A stretch of DNA of 64,000 nucleotides from Candidatus Levyibacteriota bacterium (lineage in GTDB: Bacteria; Patescibacteriota; Microgenomatia; Levybacterales; UBA12049), in assembly GCA_003152105.1 (NCBI GenBank), contig PLZJ01000003.1:134899-198898 (forward strand), in the 5' to 3' direction. Shown in pieces: positions 48,776 through 57,507 of the stretch; positions within the stretch are counted from its first letter, which is position 1, and every line of letters starts with the position of its first letter. The position numbers and the translations under genes were made by a program. The notes under the pieces were generated by a model. The model was given only the letters and a program-made list of their open reading frames with translations. It was not told the DNA's origin and ran no database searches.

Positions 48776-48975
48776 ATTGCCTCACTTCTTCCAAATATAA
48801 TGATTTTCAGCCTTGATTCTGTCCTGTGAAAATTCGCATAATAAGCCCGTGAAAACTAAAGTTATCCACATAAAGTATCCTATAATTAACTATATCATAC
48901 TATATCACCTCCTACTCCTCTGCTCTGTTGTTTTTGGAAAATTTATTTGTAAATTACGCGGCTTTTAGTGGATTA

Positions 48976-49827
48976 TTAGCTTCGCCATTGGGTTGAAAAT
49001 ATAAATATAATAAATATTACTAGGCCTACCCATACATACTCCCATAATACATTTCTAAATAATCTCCTATCTATCCATACATGTGATAGTCCAGCCACGA
49101 TATAAAATAACCCAGTTAAAAATAAGGCAATAACTGTTGGTGAACTTGGCCAAAACCATAATAATATGGCCATTTCACTTATACAAAGAGTTAATAAACT
49201 CACCCATGTACCAGATGAAAGAATCGATTTATCAAGTGTATACGTCCAAAGTGAATGATATAGAAGAAAAAATGTAAACACTATGATAATACCTACTGTT
49301 AAAAAAATATTACTATGCAACGAATAGCTTACATTAACAAGGAAAAAGAATGAAACAAGCGTTAAAACAAACGACACTATCCTCGCCCCTGTTAACAAAG
49401 CGATAGTTCTTATAGATGCGACTACAAAAATATTTTCACTCAGAAATAAAGAGTAAAGACCTATTGCATACAATGTTGTTACAATAATATTTGTTAAAAA
49501 ACGTGGAGGTGTTAAATAGTAAAAAAGCCCAAATGACAAGCTATAAAAGAATGGAAGAACAAAAATTTGATACGATTTTGTATCCTGTATATCTGAATAC
49601 ATAGACCAAAGGAAAAACAATTCAGTGCAAATAGCTATTATGAATGAGAAAAGTATCCCCGCATTCATAAATACTCTTTCTGAAAAAAAGAATGCTAGAG
49701 ACAATATTAACATTGCTATAATGAACTTTTGTCTCTTGTTAAAAAGTGCCCTAAGTTTTACACGGTTGCTACCTTTTTTTACTTTAACTTCCCTTTGTTT
49801 TGTTTGTTTAAATGGTAAAGAGATCAT
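48976..49827 (-). CDS. conserved multi-pass membrane hypothetical protein
   Basis: ~9 TM; LSENIF.VASIRTIAL..AR, W.WP, LWEY; co-oriented downstream of yebC. Confidence 0.75.
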   Translation of the reverse strand: MISLPFKQTKQREVKVKKGSNRVKLRALFNKRQKFIIAMLILSLAFFFSERVFMNAGILFSFIIAICTELFFLWSMYSDIQDTKSYQIFVLPFFYSLSFGLFYYLTPPRFLTNIIVTTLYAIGLYSLFLSENIFVVASIRTIALLTGARIVSFVLTLVSFFFLVNVSYSLHSNIFLTVGIIIVFTFFLLYHSLWTYTLDKSILSSGTWVSLLTLCISEMAILLWFWPSSPTVIALFLTGLFYIVAGLSHVWIDRRLFRNVLWEYVWVGLVIFIIFIFSTQWRS

Positions 49828-49858
49828 ATACGTGATGCTAAGCTTACACCCCTAAATA

Positions 49859-50590
49859 TTAATTGTCCACATCGATATTAGAATATACTTTCTGCACATC
49901 TTGTAAGTCTTCCATCTTTTCTAAAAATGCTATAACCTGATCTGTAGACTCACTATTCTCCATTGCAATCTTTGTTAGTGGCACATATTCTAGTTCTTCT
50001 TCAGTAATTTCAATTCCTTGTTGAGTTAATAATTGCCTTACTCGAGCTAAATCACTTGGCTTTGTAAAAACATTTACCACTTCCCCACTTTCTTCAACGT
50101 CTTCTGCTCCGGAATCTACTGCCAATAAAAAAATATCGTCTAAACTTTTATCTTTTTTAACGACTTCAATTCTTCCAACTTGCTTAAATAAGTAGGATAC
50201 TGAGCCTGGCTGTCCCATACTCCCCCCTTGTCGATCAAAAAGATTTTTTACTTCTGAGGTGGTCCTCATTTTGTTATCTGTTGCACCTTCTACGATAACC
50301 GCAATTCCATGTGGACCAAATCCCTCATATACTACCTCATCAACATGAGCCATATTTTTTCCTGATGCCCTATCGATAGCTCGTGCTATATTATCTTTTG
50401 GCATATTGGCAGCTTTTGCAGCATCGATAGCAAGTCTTAATCTAAAATTTGAATCTGGATCTCCTATCCCTCCCCCTTGTTTGACAGCGAGCGTAATTGC
50501 CATTGATAATTTTGTAAACGCTTGTCCACGTTTAACATCAGCAGCACCTTTCTGTCTTTTAATAGTTGCCCATTTAGAATGACCGCTCAT
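49859..50590 (-). CDS. yebC: YebC/PmpR family protein
   Basis: MSGHSKWATIKRQKG..D.KRG..F.KL, NMPKDNI.RAI, YEGFGP.G, TDN..RT, DVQ.VYSN. Confidence 0.97.
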   Translation of the reverse strand: MSGHSKWATIKRQKGAADVKRGQAFTKLSMAITLAVKQGGGIGDPDSNFRLRLAIDAAKAANMPKDNIARAIDRASGKNMAHVDEVVYEGFGPHGIAVIVEGATDNKMRTTSEVKNLFDRQGGSMGQPGSVSYLFKQVGRIEVVKKDKSLDDIFLLAVDSGAEDVEESGEVVNVFTKPSDLARVRQLLTQQGIEITEEELEYVPLTKIAMENSESTDQVIAFLEKMEDLQDVQKVYSNIDVDN

Positions 50591-50715
50591 AATTTTTTGC
50601 TGCTTTACTTAGGCTAAATATTTGTAGTGCAGCTTCGTTATTATACTGTTTCTAGCTTGACTTTTGCAACAAATGATAGTACACTTTTGTAACTTAAAAC
50701 ACATCCGTTTCTAAG

Positions 50716-51384
50716 ATGGATCTTAAAAATCAAGCGATCAAAACTGCCCTTACAGGAGACTGGAATAAGGCAATTCAAATAAACACTTCAATTCTTGAAC
50801 AAGAATCTCAAGACATCGATTCGTTAAACAGATTAGCGTTTGCGTATGCTGAACTTGGAGATATAAAAAACGCAAAAAGTACTTATCAAAAAGTACTTTC
50901 AATAGATAATTACAACCCAATCGCACTCAAAAATTTGAAAAGACTAGCATCCCTTGAAAACGGAAAAGTATCTTCAGCAAATAATAATCACACCCCACTT
51001 TTAACTAATGCCTTCTTAGAAGAAACTGGTAAAACAAAGGTAATTGATTTAAGCAATATAGGTCAAGCAGACATACTCTTAAGACTTAGGATGGGAACAC
51101 CGGTCAAGTTAGCAGTTAAACGATCAAAGATTTTTATTGTAGACGCAGATAATAATTTTATTGGTATGCTCCCTGATAATATAAGCAGTCGACTCATTAA
51201 ACTAATTGAAGGTGGCAATGAATATGAAGCGTGTATTAAATCACTTGATAAAAATAGGGTTACAATTTTTATGAAAGAGACCATTCGGGCAGCTCGATTT
51301 AAGTTTCAACCTTCTTTCTTAACTTCTGAAAAAACTCAATTAGAATTAAAAGAAATTCCTGTACCTAAAAATACCGCTAAGTAG
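50716..51384 (+). CDS. tetratricopeptide repeat protein
   Basis: N-terminal TPRs (ALTGDWNKA...NRLAFAY.ELG...A...Y.KVL..D.YNPIA); FLEETGKTK C-terminal domain. Confidence 0.8.
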   Translation: MDLKNQAIKTALTGDWNKAIQINTSILEQESQDIDSLNRLAFAYAELGDIKNAKSTYQKVLSIDNYNPIALKNLKRLASLENGKVSSANNNHTPLLTNAFLEETGKTKVIDLSNIGQADILLRLRMGTPVKLAVKRSKIFIVDADNNFIGMLPDNISSRLIKLIEGGNEYEACIKSLDKNRVTIFMKETIRAARFKFQPSFLTSEKTQLELKEIPVPKNTAK

Positions 51385-51550
51385 CTTGCTCTTCTTTAGA
51401 TGATTGGGGATTATAAAAGATAACACGTCCTTTAGCTAGTTCTCTCGAAGCATGTTCGCTTTCATTTCGTTTGTGCATTTGCTTAAAAGAAAGAAGCGCC
51501 CAAAGAAATGAAAAAATTAATAATCCAATAACTATTTCTATAAATAACAT
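51377..51550 (-). CDS. small single-TM protein (57 aa, not in the ORF track)
   Basis: Read by hand: MLFIEIVIGLLIFSFLWALLSFKQMHKRNESEHASRELAKGRVIFYNPQSSKEEQAT; starts 4 nt after the stop of the upstream gene. Confidence 0.65.
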   Translation of the reverse strand: MLFIEIVIGLLIFSFLWALLSFKQMHKRNESEHASRELAKGRVIFYNPQSSKEEQAT

Positions 51551-51554
51551 ATTG

Positions 51555-52364
51555 TTAAAATTGTTCGTTATTCTCTTTGTCTTGACCGATTGTAATGATT
51601 ATATCCGCAAATGATTTCTTCTGCATAGGTATTGAGTGATAATTGGTAATCTTAACCAATTTAGAAACTGTATATCCTCTACTCCCAACAAAAGTAATAC
51701 TTGAATGTTTTGCTAACTGGTCTGGGCTTTCTACTGATATGACATTTCCACCCATATTCGAAATGACACGAGACAACCTATTTCCAAGACCTGTAACGTC
51801 AGTTTGATTAATTATCTGTATGTTCAAATTTTCTGCAACAATAGCATTATCTTTAAATAACGAGGAAGAAATGTTATCAAGCTTCTCTACATCATATGGA
51901 TAGGTAATTTCACGTTTAGAAACATTTGTTTGATCTATTCCTCTGGAGTAAAACCATAATCTTATTAAATCAATACTTGTCAACTGTTTAAAATCCCTAT
52001 AATGCATCAACATATAAAATAAAACCTGGGTTGAGTTTTCGCTATCTGGTATATTTTGATTTTTAATAAATGCATCAACTGGAATAGCAAGATATTGTCG
52101 AGCGTTATAAATAGTCGTTTTAGAAGACATGCTTAACACTGAAATCGTACTATCTTGAGGAGACAAAGAAAAAGCTCTCACTTCTTTCGCATTATATTGG
52201 ATAAGCAATGTATATCTATGTGTTCCATCAAATGTACTTTTTGCTATTATAGATGCAACTTTAAGTATGCCTGAAAGGAGCAATAAAATAGCAACTCCGA
52301 CTAAAAAGAGTCGAAGTAGCAATGTGCTTTGTTTTTCTTTTCCATGTTCAGTTTTTTTCCTCAT
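51555..52364 (-). CDS. LytR C-terminal domain-containing membrane-anchored protein
   Basis: IQIINQT.V.GLG.RL.R.I.N.GG.V, DI.I.IG.D. Confidence 0.78.
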   Translation of the reverse strand: MRKKTEHGKEKQSTLLLRLFLVGVAILLLLSGILKVASIIAKSTFDGTHRYTLLIQYNAKEVRAFSLSPQDSTISVLSMSSKTTIYNARQYLAIPVDAFIKNQNIPDSENSTQVLFYMLMHYRDFKQLTSIDLIRLWFYSRGIDQTNVSKREITYPYDVEKLDNISSSLFKDNAIVAENLNIQIINQTDVTGLGNRLSRVISNMGGNVISVESPDQLAKHSSITFVGSRGYTVSKLVKITNYHSIPMQKKSFADIIITIGQDKENNEQF

Positions 52365-52397
52365 GCAAAATTAATCTTTATACGTAATAGTATATTC

Positions 52398-52532
52398 TTA
52401 ACGTTCTTTTTTCTTCTTTTGCACTAGTTCAGGCAATTCAAGAACAAATGATGAGGATCCTGTATTTTTCCCACCTTGTCCTTTTTTAGCCTTTTTTTTC
52501 TCACCTTTATAAAATCCACCGAAGCTTCCCAT
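52398..52532 (-). CDS. small basic protein (44 aa, not in the ORF track)
   Basis: Read by hand: MGSFGGFYKGEKKKAKKGQGGKNTGSSSFVLELPELVQKKKKER; SD AAAGGAGGTGAA at 52535-52546. Confidence 0.7.
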   Translation of the reverse strand: MGSFGGFYKGEKKKAKKGQGGKNTGSSSFVLELPELVQKKKKER

Positions 52533-52547
52533 ACTTCACCTCCTTTA

Positions 52548-53303
52548 TCATAGTATAGCTAAGTTACTAATTTTAGCATAGTTCTCTAAAAAACTTATTA
52601 AGTCTTGCGGTAATTGACTAGTGTATGTTACCGAAATATTTGTTTTTGGATGAGTAAAAATAATTGTACCCGCATGTAAGAATAATCGATGTAATAACTT
52701 CCTATCCTCTCTCGCAGTTTTTCTTCCTCCATATAGTTCATCTGAAAAAATTGGGTGCTGTAAATACTTTAAATGTACTCGAATTTGATGCGTGCGTCCA
52801 GTCAAGGGAGAAACGGAAAGCAAAGAAAGAGTTTCGTGTTGCTTTGTTTGCAGTATATAATACGCCGTAGTACTGTATTTAGTAAAAGAATCTCTTCCTC
52901 CTGCTACTACACCAAATCGTTTTCTATTCCATGTTAATCTACCAACTGGAACTTGAATTTCTCCTTCTGGTGGAATTATTTTTCCATGCACCAATGCTTG
53001 ATATGTTTTTTTAACTATTCTTTCTTTAAATTGCGATTGTAAATTTTTAAATGATGCGATGTTTTTAGCACACAGCAATATTCCAGAAGTTTCTTTATCT
53101 AAGCGATGCACAATACCCATACGTTTTATAAAATCTTCGTTGTTATCAATATCCATTGTTTCAAATGCTTCTCTTTTGTTGGTTTCTAACCAATCCTGAA
53201 GTGTTATCTCATGACGAGTAGTATCTGCCTTATTTACCGTCATTCCCGAGGGTTTATCAACTACAATAATATCTTGATCTTCAAATATAATTTTGGGTTC
53301 CAT
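52548..53303 (-). CDS. RluA/RluD family pseudouridine synthase
   Basis: VDKPSGM, GIVHRLDKETSG, K.Y.ALV.G, TGRTHQIRVH, LFLHA. Confidence 0.95.
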   Translation of the reverse strand: MEPKIIFEDQDIIVVDKPSGMTVNKADTTRHEITLQDWLETNKREAFETMDIDNNEDFIKRMGIVHRLDKETSGILLCAKNIASFKNLQSQFKERIVKKTYQALVHGKIIPPEGEIQVPVGRLTWNRKRFGVVAGGRDSFTKYSTTAYYILQTKQHETLSLLSVSPLTGRTHQIRVHLKYLQHPIFSDELYGGRKTAREDRKLLHRLFLHAGTIIFTHPKTNISVTYTSQLPQDLISFLENYAKISNLAIL

Positions 53304-53306
53304 ATC

Positions 53307-53975
53307 TTATTTCCTTGTTGCATACAAAAATATTACACTTACTGTTGCTAAAATAAAAACAATAAATAATAGTAATTCATCTCCTGAAAAAATGTACAGC
53401 AATCGATCTTTGTCAAAAATTAAATGATCTATTAGTGATATAAAGGAAAATACTGAAACTACGCTTAAAGACAATAGTCCTTCTCTCCCTTTCCATCTTA
53501 AAAAAAGCTGAAATTCTCCAATTAAAACTGAGATGAAAAATAAAATAAATAAAATATTCAAAATGAACAAAAAGACTGTTTTTTGAGAAAAAAGTGCTGG
53601 CAAAAAAGTGAACGGCACAGCACTAAGAAAAGACAACATGAACAAATCAGATAATCTGGCAAAAGGGAGTTTTTTAGTTCTGTAGTACAAGACATAAAAT
53701 AACAATCCTCCCGTCATAGCTCCAATTAATGATAGACCTGGATATTTTAAGATATGGAAAAAAACAAGTGGATTTAAGTACCCTACTTTAAAATGGAATA
53801 GTACATAAAATAATCGAGATGATAAAGCACTAACAAGTAACAATATAAATGCCATATTGAATACTTGTTCAATTGTTACGTTTTTTCTGAATAAGATATA
53901 ATCCTCTCTTGCGAGCAAATATAACGTAAACAGAAACGCGAACATACAAAAAATTACCGAGATAATAACAATCAT
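53307..53975 (-). CDS. prolipoprotein diacylglyceryl transferase-like protein (divergent)
   Basis: SRLFYV, PGLSLIGAM.GG, R.SD; canonical GR.GNF and H.TQLYE motifs not seen. Confidence 0.6.
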   Translation of the reverse strand: MIVIISVIFCMFAFLFTLYLLAREDYILFRKNVTIEQVFNMAFILLLVSALSSRLFYVLFHFKVGYLNPLVFFHILKYPGLSLIGAMTGGLLFYVLYYRTKKLPFARLSDLFMLSFLSAVPFTFLPALFSQKTVFLFILNILFILFFISVLIGEFQLFLRWKGREGLLSLSVVSVFSFISLIDHLIFDKDRLLYIFSGDELLLFIVFILATVSVIFLYATRK

Positions 53976-53977
53976 AA

Positions 53978-55237
53978 TTATAAAAATCTTCTAACTAATG
54001 CTGTAAATAGTATAACAACACCTAAGCCTGTTAACACATCTCCTACTCCAAAAATATCTGAAAGCTTTCCAACAGCAATAACTGGTAGCAAAGAAAAAGC
54101 TCCTGTTAAAGCTCCAGTAAATCCATAAATTTTCCCTCTGTATTTATCTTCAGTTTTTTCTTGTATAAGCGTATTTGATGGTACAAAAATTAATGCACCT
54201 CCTATACCAAGAAGGAATGATAAAACAATTATAAAATGCAGATTAGATATTGCAAAAAAATGTGGCAACATTCCGTTAAGCCAAACAAAAAATGATCTTG
54301 ATTCTACTTTCGAACCTAGTGGTAATAATAAAGTGGTAATACCGATAAGTATTAAACCTGAAGTAGATACTTTATCCTTTTTGAAATTCTCAAAATAATG
54401 ACCAACTATTAATGCACCAACGATAAGTCCTATTGCTGCAGGCGTCACTATCAGTAAAGGAAAATTTACTACAGAAATATTTAATATTTGTTTTGCATAC
54501 CCAGGTCCGATCGTCGCAATTATAAGAATTAATGTATTAAAAAATATGAGAAGGAAAATTGACTGGAAGATTTCTTTTGTTTTAACGATAATTTTCCATG
54601 TATCAACTATTTCCGACATTATATATTCTTTTGTTATTTTCGTTTCCTTAATTAATTCATTTTTTTTAGTATTTTTAATAAGAAGGATAAAAAATCCAGA
54701 AATGATAAAAAATAATGTTAAAATAATATATGTATTTCTCTCACCGAGTAAAATTATAAAAGGACCAGAAAGTGCGTACGCAATCAGAATTGATGCGTAA
54801 ATACCAATTCCAAATAAGGCATTTGCTGGTAGTAATAATTCCTTTGGAACAATTTGAGGAATAATCGGTGTTTCAGCAGGAATGAAAAATTGCGTAACAA
54901 CGAAAATCAGGAATCCTATTATATATAGCACTATTAGGTTATGGAAAAATATCGTTAATACAACCAGTAGAAGAGCTCTGGAAAAATTCGTATACAATAA
55001 TACATTACGTTTATTAATTCTATCCACAAATACGCCAGCAATTACACCGAATAATATAGCCGGAACGGTAAAAGTTAAAATTATTCCCGAAACCGCGCTA
55101 CTTGAATTTGTTAACTGAAATACCGCAACGATCAATACAAAATTTAACATGTTCATTGCAATCTGAGAAAATACTTCAGCAAGCCAGATATATAAAAATG
55201 GACGTACACCAAGTACGCGGAATAAACCTTTGTTCAT
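53978..55237 (-). CDS. MFS transporter (DHA3/H+ antiporter-like)
   Basis: AGVFVDR.NKR, QFF.PAE..IP.IV....L..AN, T.IQE.T....RG...G; 12 TM. Confidence 0.9.
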   Translation of the reverse strand: MNKGLFRVLGVRPFLYIWLAEVFSQIAMNMLNFVLIVAVFQLTNSSSAVSGIILTFTVPAILFGVIAGVFVDRINKRNVLLYTNFSRALLLVVLTIFFHNLIVLYIIGFLIFVVTQFFIPAETPIIPQIVPKELLLPANALFGIGIYASILIAYALSGPFIILLGERNTYIILTLFFIISGFFILLIKNTKKNELIKETKITKEYIMSEIVDTWKIIVKTKEIFQSIFLLIFFNTLILIIATIGPGYAKQILNISVVNFPLLIVTPAAIGLIVGALIVGHYFENFKKDKVSTSGLILIGITTLLLPLGSKVESRSFFVWLNGMLPHFFAISNLHFIIVLSFLLGIGGALIFVPSNTLIQEKTEDKYRGKIYGFTGALTGAFSLLPVIAVGKLSDIFGVGDVLTGLGVVILFTALVRRFL

Positions 55238-55242
55238 AATGA

Positions 55243-55800
55243 TTAATTTGCTTTTTCTGAGTAGGAACCTGTCCTTGTATCTATGCGGATTTTATCCCCT
55301 ACTTTAATAAATAGAGGAACCTTTGTTTTAAAACCATTTTCAAGTATTGCGTCTTTAAAAACATTTGTAGCAGAATTTCCTTTTGCTCCAGATCCTGTTT
55401 CAGTAACTACAAATTCCATCTTTGGAGGAAAATTAACGGACAATGGTTCATCCTCTAAAAAACTTATATTTACTTGTTCACCATCTTTTAAGAATTGATG
55501 ATCTGGAATAGAGTTTAGCGTAATAACCACTTGCTCGTAAGAAACTGGATCCATAAAATAAGCGTTCTCATCATCTTTATAAAGAAACTGTAAATCTCTT
55601 TTCATAACTGCCACATCATTTACTCTTGCTCCATTAATAAAACTTTTTTCAGTTGTCGAACCACTTTTAATATTTTTGACTTTTACTTTAATATTTGCAC
55701 TTCCTCTGCCCACTTTGTTGTGTTCATAAGTGACTACTTGGTAGTATTGACCGTATTCTTCAAAAACTGTTCCTGCTCGTAGTTCAGTTACATTTAGCAT
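55243..55800 (-). CDS. efp: elongation factor P
   Basis: ELRAG, H.K.GRG.A, QFLY.D, FMD...YEQ, KGNSA....K.A.LE.G...VPLFI..GD.I.IDTR.G.Y. Confidence 0.97.
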   Translation of the reverse strand: MLNVTELRAGTVFEEYGQYYQVVTYEHNKVGRGSANIKVKVKNIKSGSTTEKSFINGARVNDVAVMKRDLQFLYKDDENAYFMDPVSYEQVVITLNSIPDHQFLKDGEQVNISFLEDEPLSVNFPPKMEFVVTETGSGAKGNSATNVFKDAILENGFKTKVPLFIKVGDKIRIDTRTGSYSEKAN

Positions 55801-55801
55801 T

Positions 55802-57304
55802 CTATTTATGTCCTCCTATATAATCTAATAATAATCTAACTCCAAAACCTGTACCACCTTTGTCACCGAACTCATAAGGTTTTTCTGCAAATGCAGGCCC
55901 TGCTATATCTATATGCGCCCAGGGAGTTTTATTAACAAACGCTTGCAGAAATAATGCTGCTGTTATAGCACCACCATATCTAGACGAGGGAATATTTGCA
56001 ATATCTGCTACAGAACTTTTATTTAGTGATCTATATTCTCTCGGTAATGGAAGCTCCCAAATCTTATCTCCTGAAATTTCAGATGCTTCAATAAGCTTTT
56101 TAGCTACATCTTTATTATTAGAAAATAATCCAGCGATATCCATGCCAAGTGCAACCATACATGCACCGGTTAATGTTGCTAGGTCTATAATTTCAGTTGC
56201 ACCTTGCTTTACTGCATATGACAAACTATCTGCCATTGTAACTCTTCCTTCTGCGTCAGTGTTTAATATTTCGATTGTTTTCCCATTTAAGGCAGTTACA
56301 ACATCACCGGGAACAATGCTATTTGCAGAAATCAAATTTGGAGTTGCTGCGATAACACCCATTACTGAAAATTCTGGCTTTTTCTTCGCTATTACTGAAA
56401 ACACTCCAAGTACTGCAGCAGCTCCTGCCATATCCATTTTCATAGTTTGCATGTGATCTCCTGGTTTTACATTTATTCCCCCACTGTCAAAAGTAATTCC
56501 TTTACCAATAAGAGCAAGCTTTCTTTTTGATTTATTATTCTTGGGGGTATACGTCAATACAATGAATTTTGGAGGCAATAGAGATGCCCGAGCTATACCT
56601 AAAAATCCTCCCATTCCCATTTTTTTGGCTTCTTCTTTGTCTATAATTTTGCAAGTTATCTGAGGATCGGATTTACCAATTGAAGAAGCTAAGTCAGCTA
56701 AAAATCCTGGTGTTGCAACTTCAGCTGGCTCATTTACTAAATCCCTTGCTATTATAGTTGCCTGTGCATAATATTCGCCTTTTACAATTGCCGTTTCAAT
56801 GCTTTTTGTTTCATTCTTCTTAATATCTCCAAATAAGATTGTTTGCAATTCTTTCTTTCCTTCTTTTTGTTTTTTGTACTTGGAAAATGAATAATTTGTA
56901 AGCATAATTGTCTCAACAATTAAACTTGTTTGAGTAGACTTACTAATCGCTATATCATTTGGCAATGCAACCAAAACTGCCTGAATTTTTCCGGAAAGAC
57001 TCTTCGTTGCTTTTGCTATGGCAGTTCGCATTTTCGATATGCTAACTTTCTCTTTTTTACCAAGTCCAACTACCACTACTTGTTTTACGAGAGACTTCTT
57101 ATCTAGCGGCACGAATAATACCTGTCCTTTTTTTCCAATAAATTGCTCGAAATTTGCAATTTGCTCAATATGATCTTTTTGATTTTGCGTTAAGATTGAT
57201 GCATTTTCTGCCAATTCATATTGTTTTTCTCTTTTAAACGCAAATAGTAAGGCAACATCAGCAGATAAACTATCTAAGTAGTTTTGAGATATTTCGAATT
57301 TCAT
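55802..57304 (-). CDS. pepA: leucyl aminopeptidase (M17)
   Basis: ARDLVNEP, GKGITFDSGG, MKMDMAGAA, NTDAEGR, ATLTGA, WAHIDIAG. Confidence 0.96.
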   Translation of the reverse strand: MKFEISQNYLDSLSADVALLFAFKREKQYELAENASILTQNQKDHIEQIANFEQFIGKKGQVLFVPLDKKSLVKQVVVVGLGKKEKVSISKMRTAIAKATKSLSGKIQAVLVALPNDIAISKSTQTSLIVETIMLTNYSFSKYKKQKEGKKELQTILFGDIKKNETKSIETAIVKGEYYAQATIIARDLVNEPAEVATPGFLADLASSIGKSDPQITCKIIDKEEAKKMGMGGFLGIARASLLPPKFIVLTYTPKNNKSKRKLALIGKGITFDSGGINVKPGDHMQTMKMDMAGAAAVLGVFSVIAKKKPEFSVMGVIAATPNLISANSIVPGDVVTALNGKTIEILNTDAEGRVTMADSLSYAVKQGATEIIDLATLTGACMVALGMDIAGLFSNNKDVAKKLIEASEISGDKIWELPLPREYRSLNKSSVADIANIPSSRYGGAITAALFLQAFVNKTPWAHIDIAGPAFAEKPYEFGDKGGTGFGVRLLLDYIGGHK

Positions 57305-57377
57305 TCCTTATATTGTAATAAGTTTGGGCTGATAAATCAACAATAACACAAAGCTGTGATATAATTTGAGCATAAAA

Positions 57378-57461
57378 GCCGGGGTGGCGGAATGGTATAC
57401 GCGGTAGTCTCAAAAACTACTGATTATAATGATCATAGGGGTTCGAATCCCCTCCCCGGCA
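57378..57461 (+). tRNA. tRNA-Leu(CAA)
   Basis: GCCGGGG/CCCCGGC acceptor stem, D loop GGAATGGTATAC, anticodon arm GTAGT-CTCAAAA-ACTAC, long variable arm, GTTCGAATCC T loop, discriminator A; CCA not encoded. Confidence 0.96.
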
Positions 57462-57507
57462 CAAAACATGAAATTAATAAAAGAAGTTAATTTTTGAGGA
57501 GAAATAT

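Noticed and set aside
48862-48870. oriC call from TTATCCACA
   Set aside because: Only one perfect box, no dnaA nearby, and skew cannot be computed here.
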